This document shows positions 22,998 to 35,620 of a DNA stretch of 64,000 nt, in pieces; within the stretch, counting starts at the first letter, position 1; each line of letters opens with the position of its first letter. The notes beneath the pieces were generated by a model that ran no database searches, was not told where the DNA came from, and saw only the letters and a list, made by a program, of their open reading frames with translations. Made by a program: the position numbers and the translations under genes. Source of the DNA: Macrostomum lignano (taxonomy: Eukaryota); contig NIVC01002903.1 of assembly GCA_002269645.1 (NCBI GenBank), positions 7,040 to 71,039 of the forward strand, in the 5' to 3' direction.

Positions 22998-23085
22998 GCT
23001 GAGTGCATAATTCTCGGCTCTTACAGTATAGTCTTAGCACATGAGAATATTTACATCGTACATTGTGCAATGGAGAGCCATCCAG

Positions 23086-23167
23086 CTATACATCAATGCA
23101 CTGTGCATAAGCCACTAAAGCGACAACAAGCGTCTGATGAAAGCGTTTCAAAACCTCAAAGCCTTAA
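23086..23167 (+). CDS. Putative exon (IHQCTVHKPLKRQQASDESVSKPQSL)
   Basis: Phase 1 in and phase 2 out exactly bridges 22517 and 23251. Confidence 0.5.
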
Positions 23168-23250
23168 GTGACCATCGTATCCAAATTAGGTTGATGCTAT
23201 TTTTGAAGCAATTAAGTTCTCAGCGGGGGATTGAGGAAATTCTCAATTAG

Positions 23251-23409
23251 ATGGCGGGACGGCGGTCGAGCTCCCGTCTTGTCCGGTGAAAAATTTCCCC
23301 AGAGGGACAGGTCGCGCCGCTTGTCCGTGTGGCACAACCTGGTCAATAAATTCAACCGATCCCCGAATAAATGGCTGCAATTCTCTCCAAGCACTGCTGA
23401 ACAGGACAG
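23251..23409 (+). CDS. Putative exon (WRDGGRAP...RSRRLSVWHNLVNKFNRS...EQD)
   Basis: CTCAATTAG acceptor, AG|GTTTCA donor, phase 2-2 consistent with both neighbours. Confidence 0.5.
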
Positions 23410-23776
23410 GTTTCAACTCAAGCCTTGGCCTCTATTTCTTGTTCTCATCTCTCCCGAGATCCCGCGGCTCAGGTGACACGGCGGAGATGGGATTGGTGGG
23501 GGGATGAGGCAGTGATAAAGTGCTGTCAGAACTGCATGGGGTGTAATATAACCCCCCCCCCCGAGGGTCGCCAGCTGTAGAAGCAGGTTGAGTTTGTGCC
23601 ACTGAGTCTATAAGCTGGGGCGATGAGAACTCAGACACGGGGCTCGCTTGTTTGCTCAAAGCACCCTTGGCTTGTAAAACAGTTGAGCAGCCGGCTGCGG
23701 TTGCGACTGGGAAGTTGTTGGACTTGGGGATTAGTGAGATGGGAGCTCATCTTGTGTGTTTTTTAATGAATTACTG

Positions 23777-23896
23777 AGTCAGTCAGTCAGTCAGTCAGTC
23801 AGTCAGTCAGTCAGTCAGTCAGTCAGTCAGTCAGTCAGTCAGTCAGTCAGTCAGTCAGTCAGTCAGTCAGTCAGTCAGTCAGTCAATCAGTCAGTC
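23777..23896. repeat. (CAGT)n tetranucleotide array
   Basis: Direct inspection. Confidence 0.97.
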
Positions 23897-24300
23897 CTAG
23901 TTCTTTCATTTAAAAGCGCAGTTTGGGATAAAGTGAGCCAGCGGACCCCCTCAAGGGCGCGGCTGTTCCCCAGTGATTGGAATAATTGATTGAAAGTGCA
24001 GCCAGCCCCAAGCCTAGGCCCAAATGGTTCAGGAGGGTCGATGGTTGAAGCGCTGTGACCGTAGAGCTTATTAACTGGGTCACTTAATACCCAGTGGGAA
24101 TTAGGGGCGGTCAAAGTGAAGATTTATCGCAAGTCTTTCCCTTCGAGTTTCCATTGGCGTTTATAATATTCAATCACTAGGCTAACTTACTTCGTAAAAA
24201 GCTTTCGAATAAAATCTAAGTGGATGGTATGATAGGTTTGCACACCAAAAACAATCATTCATTTGTCAATCTACTCAGTGCAATAATTATTAATTAAAAA

Positions 24301-24650
<350 letters not shown>

Positions 24651-24658
24651 CTCTGCAG

Positions 24659-24713
24659 AAGCAGAACGAGACTGAATCGTACAAAATCCATAAGCAGCAT
24701 CATATCGCTGCAG
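24659..24713 (+). CDS. Putative exon (SRTRLNRTKSISSIISLQ)
   Basis: CTCTGCAG acceptor, CAG|GTAGGC donor, phase 2 to 0. Confidence 0.55.
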
Positions 24714-25131
24714 GTAGGCTGAGCAGAAATGCAAACATCTACCTGAATTCAGAGCAGCTCCCAGCCCCGCCCTGGCAACCCTGCGAGGCTCCCCGTGAAC
24801 TCAAGCTCACCTGCACTGAGCTTGCTGTAAAGAAGCCCCTGCAATTCACATGTAGCTATCTCTCTCTCCTTTTTTAACCTAGTATCTGCCCAAGAACCCG
24901 TGTCTCACTTTGAGTTCCTTTGACAAACAGGCTGGGCCTCCCCTTCCCTCTCTGCCTTCTCCAACCGTCTTCACTGCCCAAGCGTGAGAGCGCAAGAAAG
25001 GACAAGACAGTTCAATCAATGCTCAATCTAATCTGGCCTCAAATTTGTCAGTCAAAACCGAAACCAAAATGTACTCTGGTGGGAATATTGCTGTAGTTCA
25101 GAAACTCTTTTTGATTGGAACTTCCCGCCAG

Positions 25132-25432
25132 ATCCTGGAGGCAATGCGTCACGAGAGTCTCCTGTACAGACACTGGGGGGTCTCGCAAATTTCTGCGACA
25201 AAGAGGGGGGGGGGCTGGGGCTGCCTCTTTCCTTTTTCTGCCAGCCGTCTTCCTTCCGGTGTTTCTGCGCACCCCCCCCCCAACTTCATCGCTGCCTGGG
25301 AAGCAGCTTATTGATTGGGAAGAGAGCTGCTGCAGGATCCTGCTAAGCTCTATCCATCGGGATGAGCTCCGACTGCAGCTGCTCACCTTGAGACCCCTGA
25401 TCAGCCTCATTTATAGCTTTTACGGGGGCTGA
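25132..25432 (+). CDS. Putative terminal exon(s) of gene A (ILEAMRHESLLYRHW... / QLIDWEESCCRILLSSIHRDELRLQLL...stop)
   Basis: Phase-0 acceptor at 25131. A small intron or indel lies between the two protein-like segments; TGA at 25432. Confidence 0.35.
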
Positions 25433-25589
25433 CTGGCTTACGAGTCTGGGCCATGCTCACATGAATGAGGATAATAGAACTGGGGGGGGATTGCTAGCTG
25501 CTGCTTCTCCATCATAATGCAGCTGCTTTCTGGGTGACAGCGGGGCTTCTTGTTCCAGCTGGCTTGCCGGGGACTGCGAAATTGCGGAT

Positions 25590-26275
25590 CTGCTGTCACT
25601 CCGACTGTCACACTCACTCTGGCTGTCACTCTCACTCTCACTCCTGCTGTGACTTCCACTCCGGGTGTCACTCCCACTCCGGATGTCACTCCTACTCCAG
25701 ATGTCACTCTCAATCCGGCTGTCACTCTCAATCTAGCTGTCACTCTCACTCCGACTGTCACTCTCACTCTCACTCCGCCTGTCACTCTCACTCCGGCTGT
25801 CACTCTCACTCCGGCTGTCACTCCCACTCCGGCTGTCACTCTCACTCTCACTCCGCCTGTCACTCTCACTCCGCCTGTCACTCTCACTCCACCTGTCACT
25901 CTCACTCCGCCTGTCACTCTCACTCCGCCTGTCACTCCCACTCCGGCTGTCACTCCCACTCCGGCTGTCACTCTAACTCCGGCTGTCACTCTCACTCTAG
26001 CTGTCACTCCCACTCCGGCTGTCACTCTCACTCTAGCTGTCACTCTCACTCCGGCTGTCACTCTCACTCTAGCTGTCACTCTCACTCCGGCTGTCACTCT
26101 CACTCTAGCTGTCACTCTCACTCCGGCTGTCACTCTCACTCTAGCTGTCACTCCCACTCCGGCTGTCACTCTCACTCTAGCTGTCACTCTCACTCCGGCT
26201 GTCACTCTCACTCTAGCTGTCACTCTCACTCCGGCTGTCACTCTCACTCTGGCTGTCACTCTCACTCCAGCTATC
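25590..26275. repeat. 18-bp minisatellite (CTGTCACTCTCACTCCGG)n
   Basis: Direct inspection. Confidence 0.96.
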
Positions 26276-26530
26276 AGTCTGACTTTGGTAATCAGTTTAA
26301 ACTAAAATCACTCTGACTTTCACACCTTCTGTTATATCACACTCACTCCACTTCGTGGGCTTCAGTCTCCGCTACCCATCTTTCAAGCTGCCCATTTCTT
26401 GCAGGCAGAATCAGCTGCATTCCCTCATCAAACTCAATGAATCTCCAGCCCGAGTTGATAATTTCAGACAGAGGCTGGACAAGGAAGGCGGAGCAGTCAG
26501 AAATTAGATTAGTCATCTCTCTTTGTTCAG

Positions 26531-29224
26531 TAAAGGCAGCCAAAACTGGTTCGAGAATGGAGGGTTTCAACAGGAGGCCAAGGGAAATCACCATTGCCAA
26601 AAGAAGTTATTGTCCAGACAAAGGACAAGGTTCTTGGTTGCTCGAAATCTCCCCTAAAATTGGGATTTTTTACATTGAGGAAGCCGACATCTGTCAAAAT
26701 ACCCGCAGGCGCGAGCAATGGAGGAGATGATGGAGCATCTGCCAGTTCTTCCCAGCAGCCGCAGCAGCAGCAGCAGCAGCAGCAGCAGCACATCAATGAT
26801 GTGAGTTTTTGATCTCTAATTTGTTTGAAGCTTTCCGACCCGCATGTCCCAATCGTACTACTAAGTGACTACTGTCGGCAACTCTTTTTTTAGTAGCAGT
26901 TGTTTACCGTGTCTTTCTTTAAGCAACAATCCGCGCGTTTTAATTTGCAGATATTCCGCTTGCCCGACTCGGACGCGGGTGAGTGAATGACAGCTGCATT
27001 GCCAGAATTTGATCCTCTGTATTAGCTAATGCATTACTTAAGGTAAATGGGGATTCTCGGGGATCGGAGAATGAGATCCGATGCGCGAGGGGACCCCACC
27101 CAGATGGCTCGATAATCCTGGCGGCTGCTGGATTTCTAGGAAAATCTGGCGCGCAAGAAAAACACGCAAGCAGAAGCAGGCGAGCTCAGCACTCGGGGCG
27201 GAGGCTGGGGGTGTGGGAGGGGTGGGGCCGGCTGCCGACGAATCCCAGACAGCCCTGCCCGCTGCACGGCCTCTCAGACTAGAAAAGACTCCCCCATAAG
27301 AAGCTGGCAACTCCAGAATAGCTTCATCTGATTGCATTCCCTGTCAGCCTCCACCCCCCGCGGCTGCGTCCGAATCCCCGAAGTCTTCGAATCCGCAAAA
27401 ACCTCCTCAGCACGGATGGACGGCGGCGCGGCCGACGACAACTCCGAGGCCGCAGCGGCGCCGCCGCCGCCCACCGCCGCCCAGCTGAGACGCCGGTCCG
27501 GCCGACGTTCGCAGGAGGACGGCGACGGGGCGGCTGCGACAATGTCGGGCACCCCGCCGCCGAGACCGACGCCTCCGTTGACAGCCGGAAGCGGTAGGGG
27601 CGGCGCGAGCGGCGGCGGCGGCGGCAGCGGCGCTGGCGGCAGGCGGCTGTCGAGCATCGAGATGATGGTGCAGAACGAGGATGGCGAGGCCGAGGAAGTT
27701 GAAATCGACGTTGCCGACACGGAGGACGACGTCGTGGCGCCGCTCGCGAAAGGTGAGCGAAAAACTTTTAATGTTGATTATTGCTGTTTCTGAGCAGTCG
27801 GATGCCTTCATTATCGAAAATCCGCCTGCTTTGAGGTCTTATCTTTGTGAAGGCTCTATGTGTTGTGTGTGTAAAAGGGGTCATTGTGTGTCAAATGTGA
27901 CACTTGTGTTAGAAAGTGTCATTTTGTGTCAGTTTTTCACGTGTTGTTTCGTTAATGTCGCGCCGCCTGCCTCTCTGTCAATCAAACAAACAAATTGTAT
28001 TTATTTTTACATTTCGAATCGTCAAGGAACGCCAGAGAACTCGCCACCAGAGTAAGTTATGAGTGGCTTGACTGAGACACTGGCTGCTCAAGTTCGAATT
28101 GAGTTTGTCTGGGCTTGAAAACGCAATTCGTTCAGTAGTTTTCCTCTGCAATTTTTTCAAACAAATCATTTCTCTGACAACTGGTTTGTCGCAAAGTAAC
28201 TCCTTGGTTTGAAGCTCTGCTGCTGAGAGATTTTCTAACTTTCATCTCTATTAGTTGCAGCGTGATAGTTTAAAAAGTTGCTTTATTTTTGTGGCTTTTT
28301 TAATCAGCATTTGCTAACACATTGCAGCAAACTGTGAACTGGCCCTCACTAGCTCAGCCCCTCACTCCCCTAGCCCCTCACTCCCCTAGCCTCTTACTCC
28401 CCCAGCCCCTCACTCCCACAGCCTCTCACTCCCCCAACCCCTCACTCCCCTAGCCTCTCACTCCCCCAGCCCCTCACTCCCCCAGCTTCTCACTCCCCCA
28501 GCCCCTCACTCCCCCAACCCCTCACTCCCCCAGCCCTCACTCCCCCAGCCCCTCACTCCCCAGCCCCTCACTCCCCCAGCCCCTCACTCCCCCAACCCCT
28601 CACTCCCCAACCCCTCACTCCCCAGCCCCTCACTCCCCCAACCCCTAACTCCCCTAGCCTCTCACTCCCCCAGCCTCTCACTCCCCCAGCCTCTCACTCC
28701 CCCAGCCCCTCACTCCCCCAGCCCCTCACTCCCCCAGCCCCTCACTCCCCCAGCCCCTCACTCCCCCAGCCCCTCACTCCCCCAGCCCCTCACTCCCCCA
28801 GCCCCTCACTCCCCCAGCCCCTCACTCCCCTAGCCCCTCACTCCCCAGCCCCTCACTCCCCCAGCCCCTCATTCCCCTAGCCTCTCAGCACCCAATCGCT
28901 CTCAAACATTTGACCCTCAGCCTCTCAAAGCCTCAAAGCTGCTCAGAGCCCCTCTCACCGCTCGCACTGTCCCTCCCCCGCCCACCCGCAGACAACCAGC
29001 GCTGTCGCAAGCAGCCCATAGCGGACCGGATCAGCCGCCGGCGCAACTCTGAGGTGGCCGCCGACATCATCCGGATGTCGGCCGCGCACCGCAGGCGCGA
29101 ATTCGCCGCACTCATCGACGAGCACCAGGCCATCGTGCGCGAGCTCGAAGGCCAAAAGCCGCAGCAGCAGCATCAGCCAGCTCAGAGGTCAGACAAGGAG
29201 AACATCGGTCGCCCGGGCCGCTGA
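26531..29224 (+). CDS. Unknown gene B: exons 26531-26629, 26709-26800, 26951-26978, 27348-27752, 28992-29224; low-complexity protein with helical C-terminus
   Basis: Four consecutive GT-AG introns with matching phases (1, 0, 1, 1), including a 28-nt micro-exon (IFRLPDSDA). Poly-Q and G/A-rich segments. Ends RRRNSEVAADIIRMSAAHRRREFAALIDEHQAIVRELE...stop. 5' start uncertain (ATG 26437 or 26557). Confidence 0.7.
28355..28885. repeat. ~16-bp C-rich minisatellite (GCCCCTCACTCCCCCA)n
   Basis: Direct inspection. Confidence 0.95.
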
Positions 29225-29444
29225 ACGCTGCAATTTCATAGAGTTTTTTCGAAGCTTGAGTTGTCCTTATTTGAAACTGTGCAGATTTTTAAACTGTGGA
29301 GAATTTTGTGTTCGCTCATCCCGTGCTCCCCCACCCAGCAGCTTCTGCCTGCTCTCGCAATGCCTCTCTGCCTTTGAGCTGTTGACTGTCCGCTCGTATG
29401 ATGCTCTCTTTTTGACATCCAATGACCCCACCTGACCCCTGACC

Positions 29445-29755
29445 CCTTGCTCTCTCCCGGACTCTCTGTGCCCTTTCTCCCTCGCTCTCTCTACCTTCTC
29501 TCTCCCACCCTTTGTGCCCTCTCTGCCTCACCCTCTGTACCCTCTCCCCCTCACCCTCTCCACCCTCTCCCCCTCACACTCTCTACCTTCTCTCTCTCAC
29601 CCTCTGTGCCCTCTCTCCCTCACCCTCTCCACCCTTTCCCCTTACACTCTCTACCCTCTTTCTCACCCTCTGTACCCTCTCCTCCTCACCCTCTCTACCC
29701 TCTCTCCCTCACCCTCTCTACCCTCCCTCCCCCGCACCCTCTACCCTTCCCCTCT
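29445..29755. repeat. Degenerate CT-rich repeat
   Basis: CACCCTCT(C/G)T motifs repeated. Confidence 0.8.
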
Positions 29756-30680
29756 CTAGCCTGTCAATCATCAATGATAAATATTGTCTTTAATTGTGTT
29801 GTCTCTGTTTCTGGTATTTTATTATCAATGTAATTCTTGCCTATGTTGTGCTTCGCTCACCTGCCTGAGCTGTCACAGGTGTCCGGGCAGAGTATCAGAA
29901 CATTTCGTTTAGTTTGTACATCATCATCGACATGGCTGTTCTCAATGGTCCAATTCAGGAAAATAAGTCATGATTCCATTTTCTTGGAAAAGTATCAATA
30001 TTTATTGTTTATGTCACGCGCCGCGCCAATTCAAATTCCAAGCCGAACGTGCTATTTTCTAAGAAACCCGAGCGTTTGAATTTCAGGCTCACTAAAAAAG
30101 CTAATTATCGAGGTGGAAAATTTCGGAAAAAACTTGCAAATGGTCTGAGCTGACGCACTTCCTCCCATTGGGTGTCTTCTCTTTGATTGCAATCCTGAGC
30201 CTTGAGCTGATCACAGTCACTCTCGCGCCCTCCTACTCAAATCTCTTCGTTTCCTTCCTTAGTTTATATATTCACCGAAATCAATTTGTTGTTTCTTTGG
30301 CGTCCGCCCTGCGTTGCTTAAATCCGTGTGCACTCGTTGTCGATTCCATTGATTTTCGATCAATCAATTTGTTCCGCGAATCGAACAATAAATTATTTCC
30401 GAGATGTTGTTCGTCTTTTGGAATGTTTCACCTCGATGTCAACCACTTGCTGTTTGTTTGAATGCGTATGCTTACACGGCTGCGTGTTTCTGCAACAAAG
30501 AAGAAAAATGTTTGCAATACAGAATGACTGCAGGCCGTTTTAAAATGCCGTTTAAAAATTAAATTTTCCCAGGGTTGTTCCCAAGCTTAGGTAACTGATG
30601 GCTTTTGCATTCAATATTTATCTTTTGCAGTTGATAGCTTCAAAACGGGTTGTGTCTAAATAAGGCTATGCCTGAAAATT

Positions 30681-31955
30681 GTGTCTAACAGGATGGTGTC
30701 TAAGCATATGTTGTCTAACCGAATGACTTCTGTAACAGGATGGTGTCTGACAAACTTGTGTCTAACAGGATGGTGTCTAACAGGATGGTGTCTAACAGGA
30801 TGGTATCTAACAGGATGGTATCTAACAGGATGGTGTCTAACAGGATGGTGTCTAACGGGATGGTATCTAACAGGATGGTGTCTAACAGGATGGTATCTAA
30901 CAGGATTATGTCTAACAGGATGGTGTCTGACAAACTTGTGTCTAACAGGATGGTGTCTAACAGGATGGTATCTAACAGGATGCTGTCTAACAGGATTATG
31001 TCTAACGGGATGGTATCTAACAGGATGATGTCTAACGGGATGGTATCTAACAGGATGGTGTCTAACAGGATGGTGTCTAACGGGATGGGGTTTAACAGGA
31101 TAGTATCTAACAGGATGGTGTATGACAGGATGATGTCTAACGGGATGGTATCTAACAGGATGATGTCTAACAGGATGGTATCTAACAGGATGGTATCTAA
31201 CAGGATGGTATCTAACAGGATGGTATCTAACAGGATGGTATCTAACAGGATGGTGTCTAACAGGATGGGGTCTAACAGGATAGTATCTAACAGGATTATG
31301 TCTAACGGGATGGTACTTAACAGGATGGTGTCTAACAGGATGATGTCTAACAGGATGGTATCTAACAGGATGGTATCTAACAGGATGGTATCTTACAGGA
31401 TGGTGTCTAACAGGATGGTATCTAACAGGATTATGTCTAACGGGATGGTACTTAACAGGATGGTGTCTAACAGAATGGTGTCTAACAGGATGGTGTCTAA
31501 CGGGATGGTATCTAACAGGATTATGTCTAACGGGATGGTACTTAACAGGATGGTGTCTAACAGAATGGTGTCTAACAGGATGGTGTCTAACGGGATGGTA
31601 TCTAACAGGATTATGTCTAACGGGATGGTACTTAACAGGATGGTGTCTAACAGGATGGTGTCTAACAGGATGGGGTCTAACAGGATAGTATCTAACAGGA
31701 TGATGTATAACAGGATGGTGTCTAACGGGATGGTATCTAACAGGATTATGTCTAACGGGATGGTACTTAACAGGATGGTGTCTAACAGGATGGTATCTAA
31801 CAGGATGGTGTCTAACAGGATGATGTCTAACGGGATGGTATCTAACAGGATTATGTCTAACAGGATGGTGTCTAACGGGATGGTATCTAACAGAATGGTG
31901 TCTAACAGGATGGTATCTAACAGGATGGTGTCGAACAGGATGGTATCTAACAGGA
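30681..31955. repeat. 15-bp minisatellite (TCTAACAGGATGGTG)n
   Basis: Direct inspection; explains the MVSNR and LLDTI ORFs. Confidence 0.97.
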
Positions 31956-32654
31956 TTAAGTTGAGGACTGGCGACCTCAAGTTAAATCCCAGCAGACAAC
32001 ACATCGTCAAACAAATTTATTGAAATTCAATAGCATTGCAAGCCCTTTGATTCCCCAGCCCACGCCGAAAATGCAACACCATACGGATTCATAAAACCGA
32101 CCCCCCAAACAGACCAAAAATGGAATTTTCAGCCGATCAGTTTTCTGCCCCCTCCCTTCCGTGAGATTTTTTAGATCGCCGGAAACTAGGAGCCGCTGTA
32201 GCCACGCGGAAGGCAGGCGAACCCGGTATGAAAGCTCCTGAGGCCGGGGGACTCGAACAGTAGCGAGTCTTAGATTGACAGAGAGACAGTGTATTTTGTA
32301 TGCTCACCTGCTAGCCCCGTGCGTGCAGCTCCGGCTTCCGATAGCCCTGAGCTAGGCAAAAATGTGCTCAAATAAAGATAGGGCTTGTATGATATCTATG
32401 GACTGGATTGATGGGACTCTGTGATTTGATTACTCCGAGGTAAATGGCTCGAATGGAAAAGTCTTGCTGGATAAAAATTAATTAATTAGGGGCGTTCGTT
32501 TGACTTGTCTAATTCGTATAAAAAACTGTTTTTCGAGTGAGTACACACTCTAATTAGCCTTGATATATATACATATATATATATATATATCTAGGTCTAT
32601 ATCTAGGTCTAGGTCTATATCTATATCTATATATAAATAAATATATACGAGCAT

Positions 32655-32875
32655 TGTTCTCAAAATAGAAACAAGCGGAAATGAGTAAAAATCTTGTTCT
32701 AAAAATAGAAACAAGCGGAAATGAGTAACAACCTTGTTCTAAAATTAGAAACAAGCAGCGATTAGTCACAATCTTTTTCTAAAATTAGAAACAAGCAGCG
32801 ATTAGTCACAATCGTGCTCTAAAAATAGAAGCATTTGGCCATTAGTCATTATCTAATTCTAAAAATAGAAACGAG
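32655..32875. repeat. ~40-bp degenerate AT-rich tandem repeat with TTCTA-AAAA-TAGAA hairpin core
   Basis: About 6 copies of TTCTAAAA(A/T)TAGAAAC with diverging spacers. Confidence 0.75.
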
Positions 32876-33869
32876 AAGTGATGTCTAGTATTTTATAAGA
32901 AATAGATGCACTCAAAATGTCGCGATAATTTGGTCAAAAAATTGCTGAATTGTTGCGTAAATTTCTATCGGAAATTGAAATACCTGTAAAAACATAAGGA
33001 GATATGTAAAACAATTAGTCTAGCCCTTTCACTGCGATTTGGTCGTGATCACAGCCGTCACTGTGATTTAGTATGCACAATACTAACGACTAAGTACAGA
33101 CAAGAAATAGAATTGGCCCAAAGAGAGTCTATACTAGGGAGGCATAGAGGCGGGAACAAAAGCCAATGTCCTGTTGCTTTGTTGAACAAAGTATAAAGCT
33201 ACGATTTATGGCGGATTAATGCCGGGGGAAACCGGAGGAGGATTTTTCAGGAGAAATCGCAGAGAGGCGCCCCCTGCGGGCATCGGTGGCCGGAGTCAAC
33301 CCCCCCCCCCTATTCAATTAGCCCCGGCCCGAAAACTCAGCCGTGAAGCTTCCTTTCTCTGCCTTTGAGCCGGAATGCCATTTTAGAGGCGCAGAGAAGA
33401 TCGGATGGGAGGAGAGGGAGAGAAAGTGAGCTGAAGGCAGTTTTTCCTCTCATTTCGCCGGGCACCGCAAAGGAGGATCCCGAACCCCCGCAGGGAAAGT
33501 GCGCTCTGTCAGAGTCTGCAAAATCATGTCGAGTTAGCAGCCCGTAGTCGGGAAGGTTGATTAGGCCGCGGGAGCTGCTTTTCTCTCTTCTGGGGAATAC
33601 AATGGCTGGTGATTTGAGTCCCTACTCGTTTTAGCTGTTAATTGTGCCTGTGCCTTCTCTCACACTATTGTGCTCTCCTTAGTTGAGTGAATAAAAACAA
33701 CTGCGATCCGCCTCCGGGCGCTACTGAGCTGCCGGGATTAAATTGCAAATTTGTTATTCCCCCATTAAGCTGATGAAAAAATTTACTTTTGGAGTCAATA
33801 TACAACTGCTTGACTCTCGGAGAGAGAATGGAGGGAATTAGTGTACTGTAGATACAGTGGGAGATAGAA

Positions 33870-34650
33870 TGGAGACAGAGGGGAGATAGAGAGGGGGATA
33901 AAGGGAGATAGAGGGAGATAGAGGAAGATAAAGGGGAGATAGTGGGGAGATAAAGGGGAGTTAGAGAGGAGATAGAAGGGAGATAGAGGGGAGATAGAAG
34001 GGAGATAGAGGGGGGATAGAGGGGAGATAGAGGAAGATAGAGGGCAGATAGAGGAAGATAGAGGGGAGATAGAGGAAGATAGAGGGGAGATAGAGGAAGA
34101 TAGAGGGGAGATAGAGGAAGATAGAGGGGGGATAGAGGAAGATAGAGGGGAGATAGAGGAAGATAGAGGGGAGATAGAGGAAGATAGAGGGGAGATAGAG
34201 GAAGATAGAGGGGAGATAGAGGAAGATAGAGGAAGATAGAGGGGAGATGGAGGAAGATAGAGGGGAGATAGAGGAAGATAGAGGGGAGATAGAGGAAGAT
34301 AGAGGGGAGATAGAGGAAGATAGAGGGGAGATAGAGGAAGATAGAGGGGAGATAGAGGGAGATAGAGGGGAGATAGAGGAAGATAGAGGGGAGATAGAGG
34401 GAGATAGAGGGGAGATAGAGGAAGATAGAGGGGAGATAGAGGAAGATAGAGGGGAGATAGAGGAAGATAGAGGGGAGATAGAGGGAGATAGAGGGGAGAT
34501 AGAGGAAGATAGAGGGGAGATAGAGGAAGATAGAGGGGAGATAGAGGAAGATAGAGAGGAGATAGAGGAAGATAGAGGGGAGATAGAGGAAGATAGAGGG
34601 GAGATAGAGGAAGATAGAGGGGAGATAGAGGAAGATAGAGGGGAGATAGA
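33870..34650. repeat. 21-bp purine-rich minisatellite (GAGATAGAGGAAGATAGAGGG)n
   Basis: Direct inspection. Confidence 0.95.
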
Positions 34651-35130
34651 GCACAGAATGAAGCAAAAGAGCCAGAACGAGGTGGATGATCGAAGAGACA
34701 GGCTATGAGAAATAATTGAGACAAATGAAAAATGCTAATTATCTAGCAAAATTGAATTAAAAGTACTGAGAGGTAATTTAGCTCTATAAAAATAACGTTA
34801 TTTCTAAAGGCTTAAGAGGTTCAATAGGTCCTTTTTATTCACGAGTCTGGAGCCGAAATGAGAGTCAGATGAACAGGGCGCGCCTTGAGTACCGCACTGA
34901 ATCCTGGAGCACGGACTCCTCGTATCTAAGCGGGTAGCTTGTGATATGAATGCGGGAATTGTTGGGGGTCAGTTCAGGTTAAGCAGGATGCTCCTCATCC
35001 TCCCACGCGCAGATTGCAGACGCGGATATTCGTCCTCACTGGGAGTGAGTGAGCTAAGTCTATGGAAGCACTGGCCAGATGCTAATTAGCTAACTCTGGA
35101 GGGTGCCTCATGCCGACGGCACCGAATCGT

Positions 35131-35620
35131 TGTCAGGAAGGCGCCAAGTCTATTATGTCAGGAAGGCGCCAAGTCTATTATGTCAGGAAGGCGCCAAATT
35201 TAGAATGTCAGGAAGGCTCCAAGTTTATTATGTCAGGAAGGCGCCAAGTCTATTATGTCAGGAAGGCGCCAAGTCTATTATGTCAGGAAGGCGCCAAATT
35301 TAGAATGTCAGGAAGGCGCCAAATTTAGAATGTCAGGAAGGCGCCAAATTTAGAATGTCAGGAAGGCGCCAAGGTTAGGATGTCAGGAAGGCGCTAAATT
35401 TAGAATGTCAGGAAGGCGTCAAGGTTAGGATATTAGAAAGGCGCCAAGTCTATTATGTCAGGAAGGCGCCAAAGTTAGAATGTCAGGAAGGCGCCAAAGT
35501 TAGAATGTCAGGAAGGCGCCAAAGTTAGGTTTCAGAAATGTGCCACGCTTATTATGTCAGGAAGGCGCCAAGTGCATTATGTCATAGAGGCGCCATTTTT
35601 TTCTGTCAGAAAGGCGCCCT
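35131..35620. repeat. 25-bp minisatellite (GTCAGGAAGGCGCCAAGTCTATTAT / ...AATTTAGAAT)n
   Basis: Direct inspection, two variants. Confidence 0.93.
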
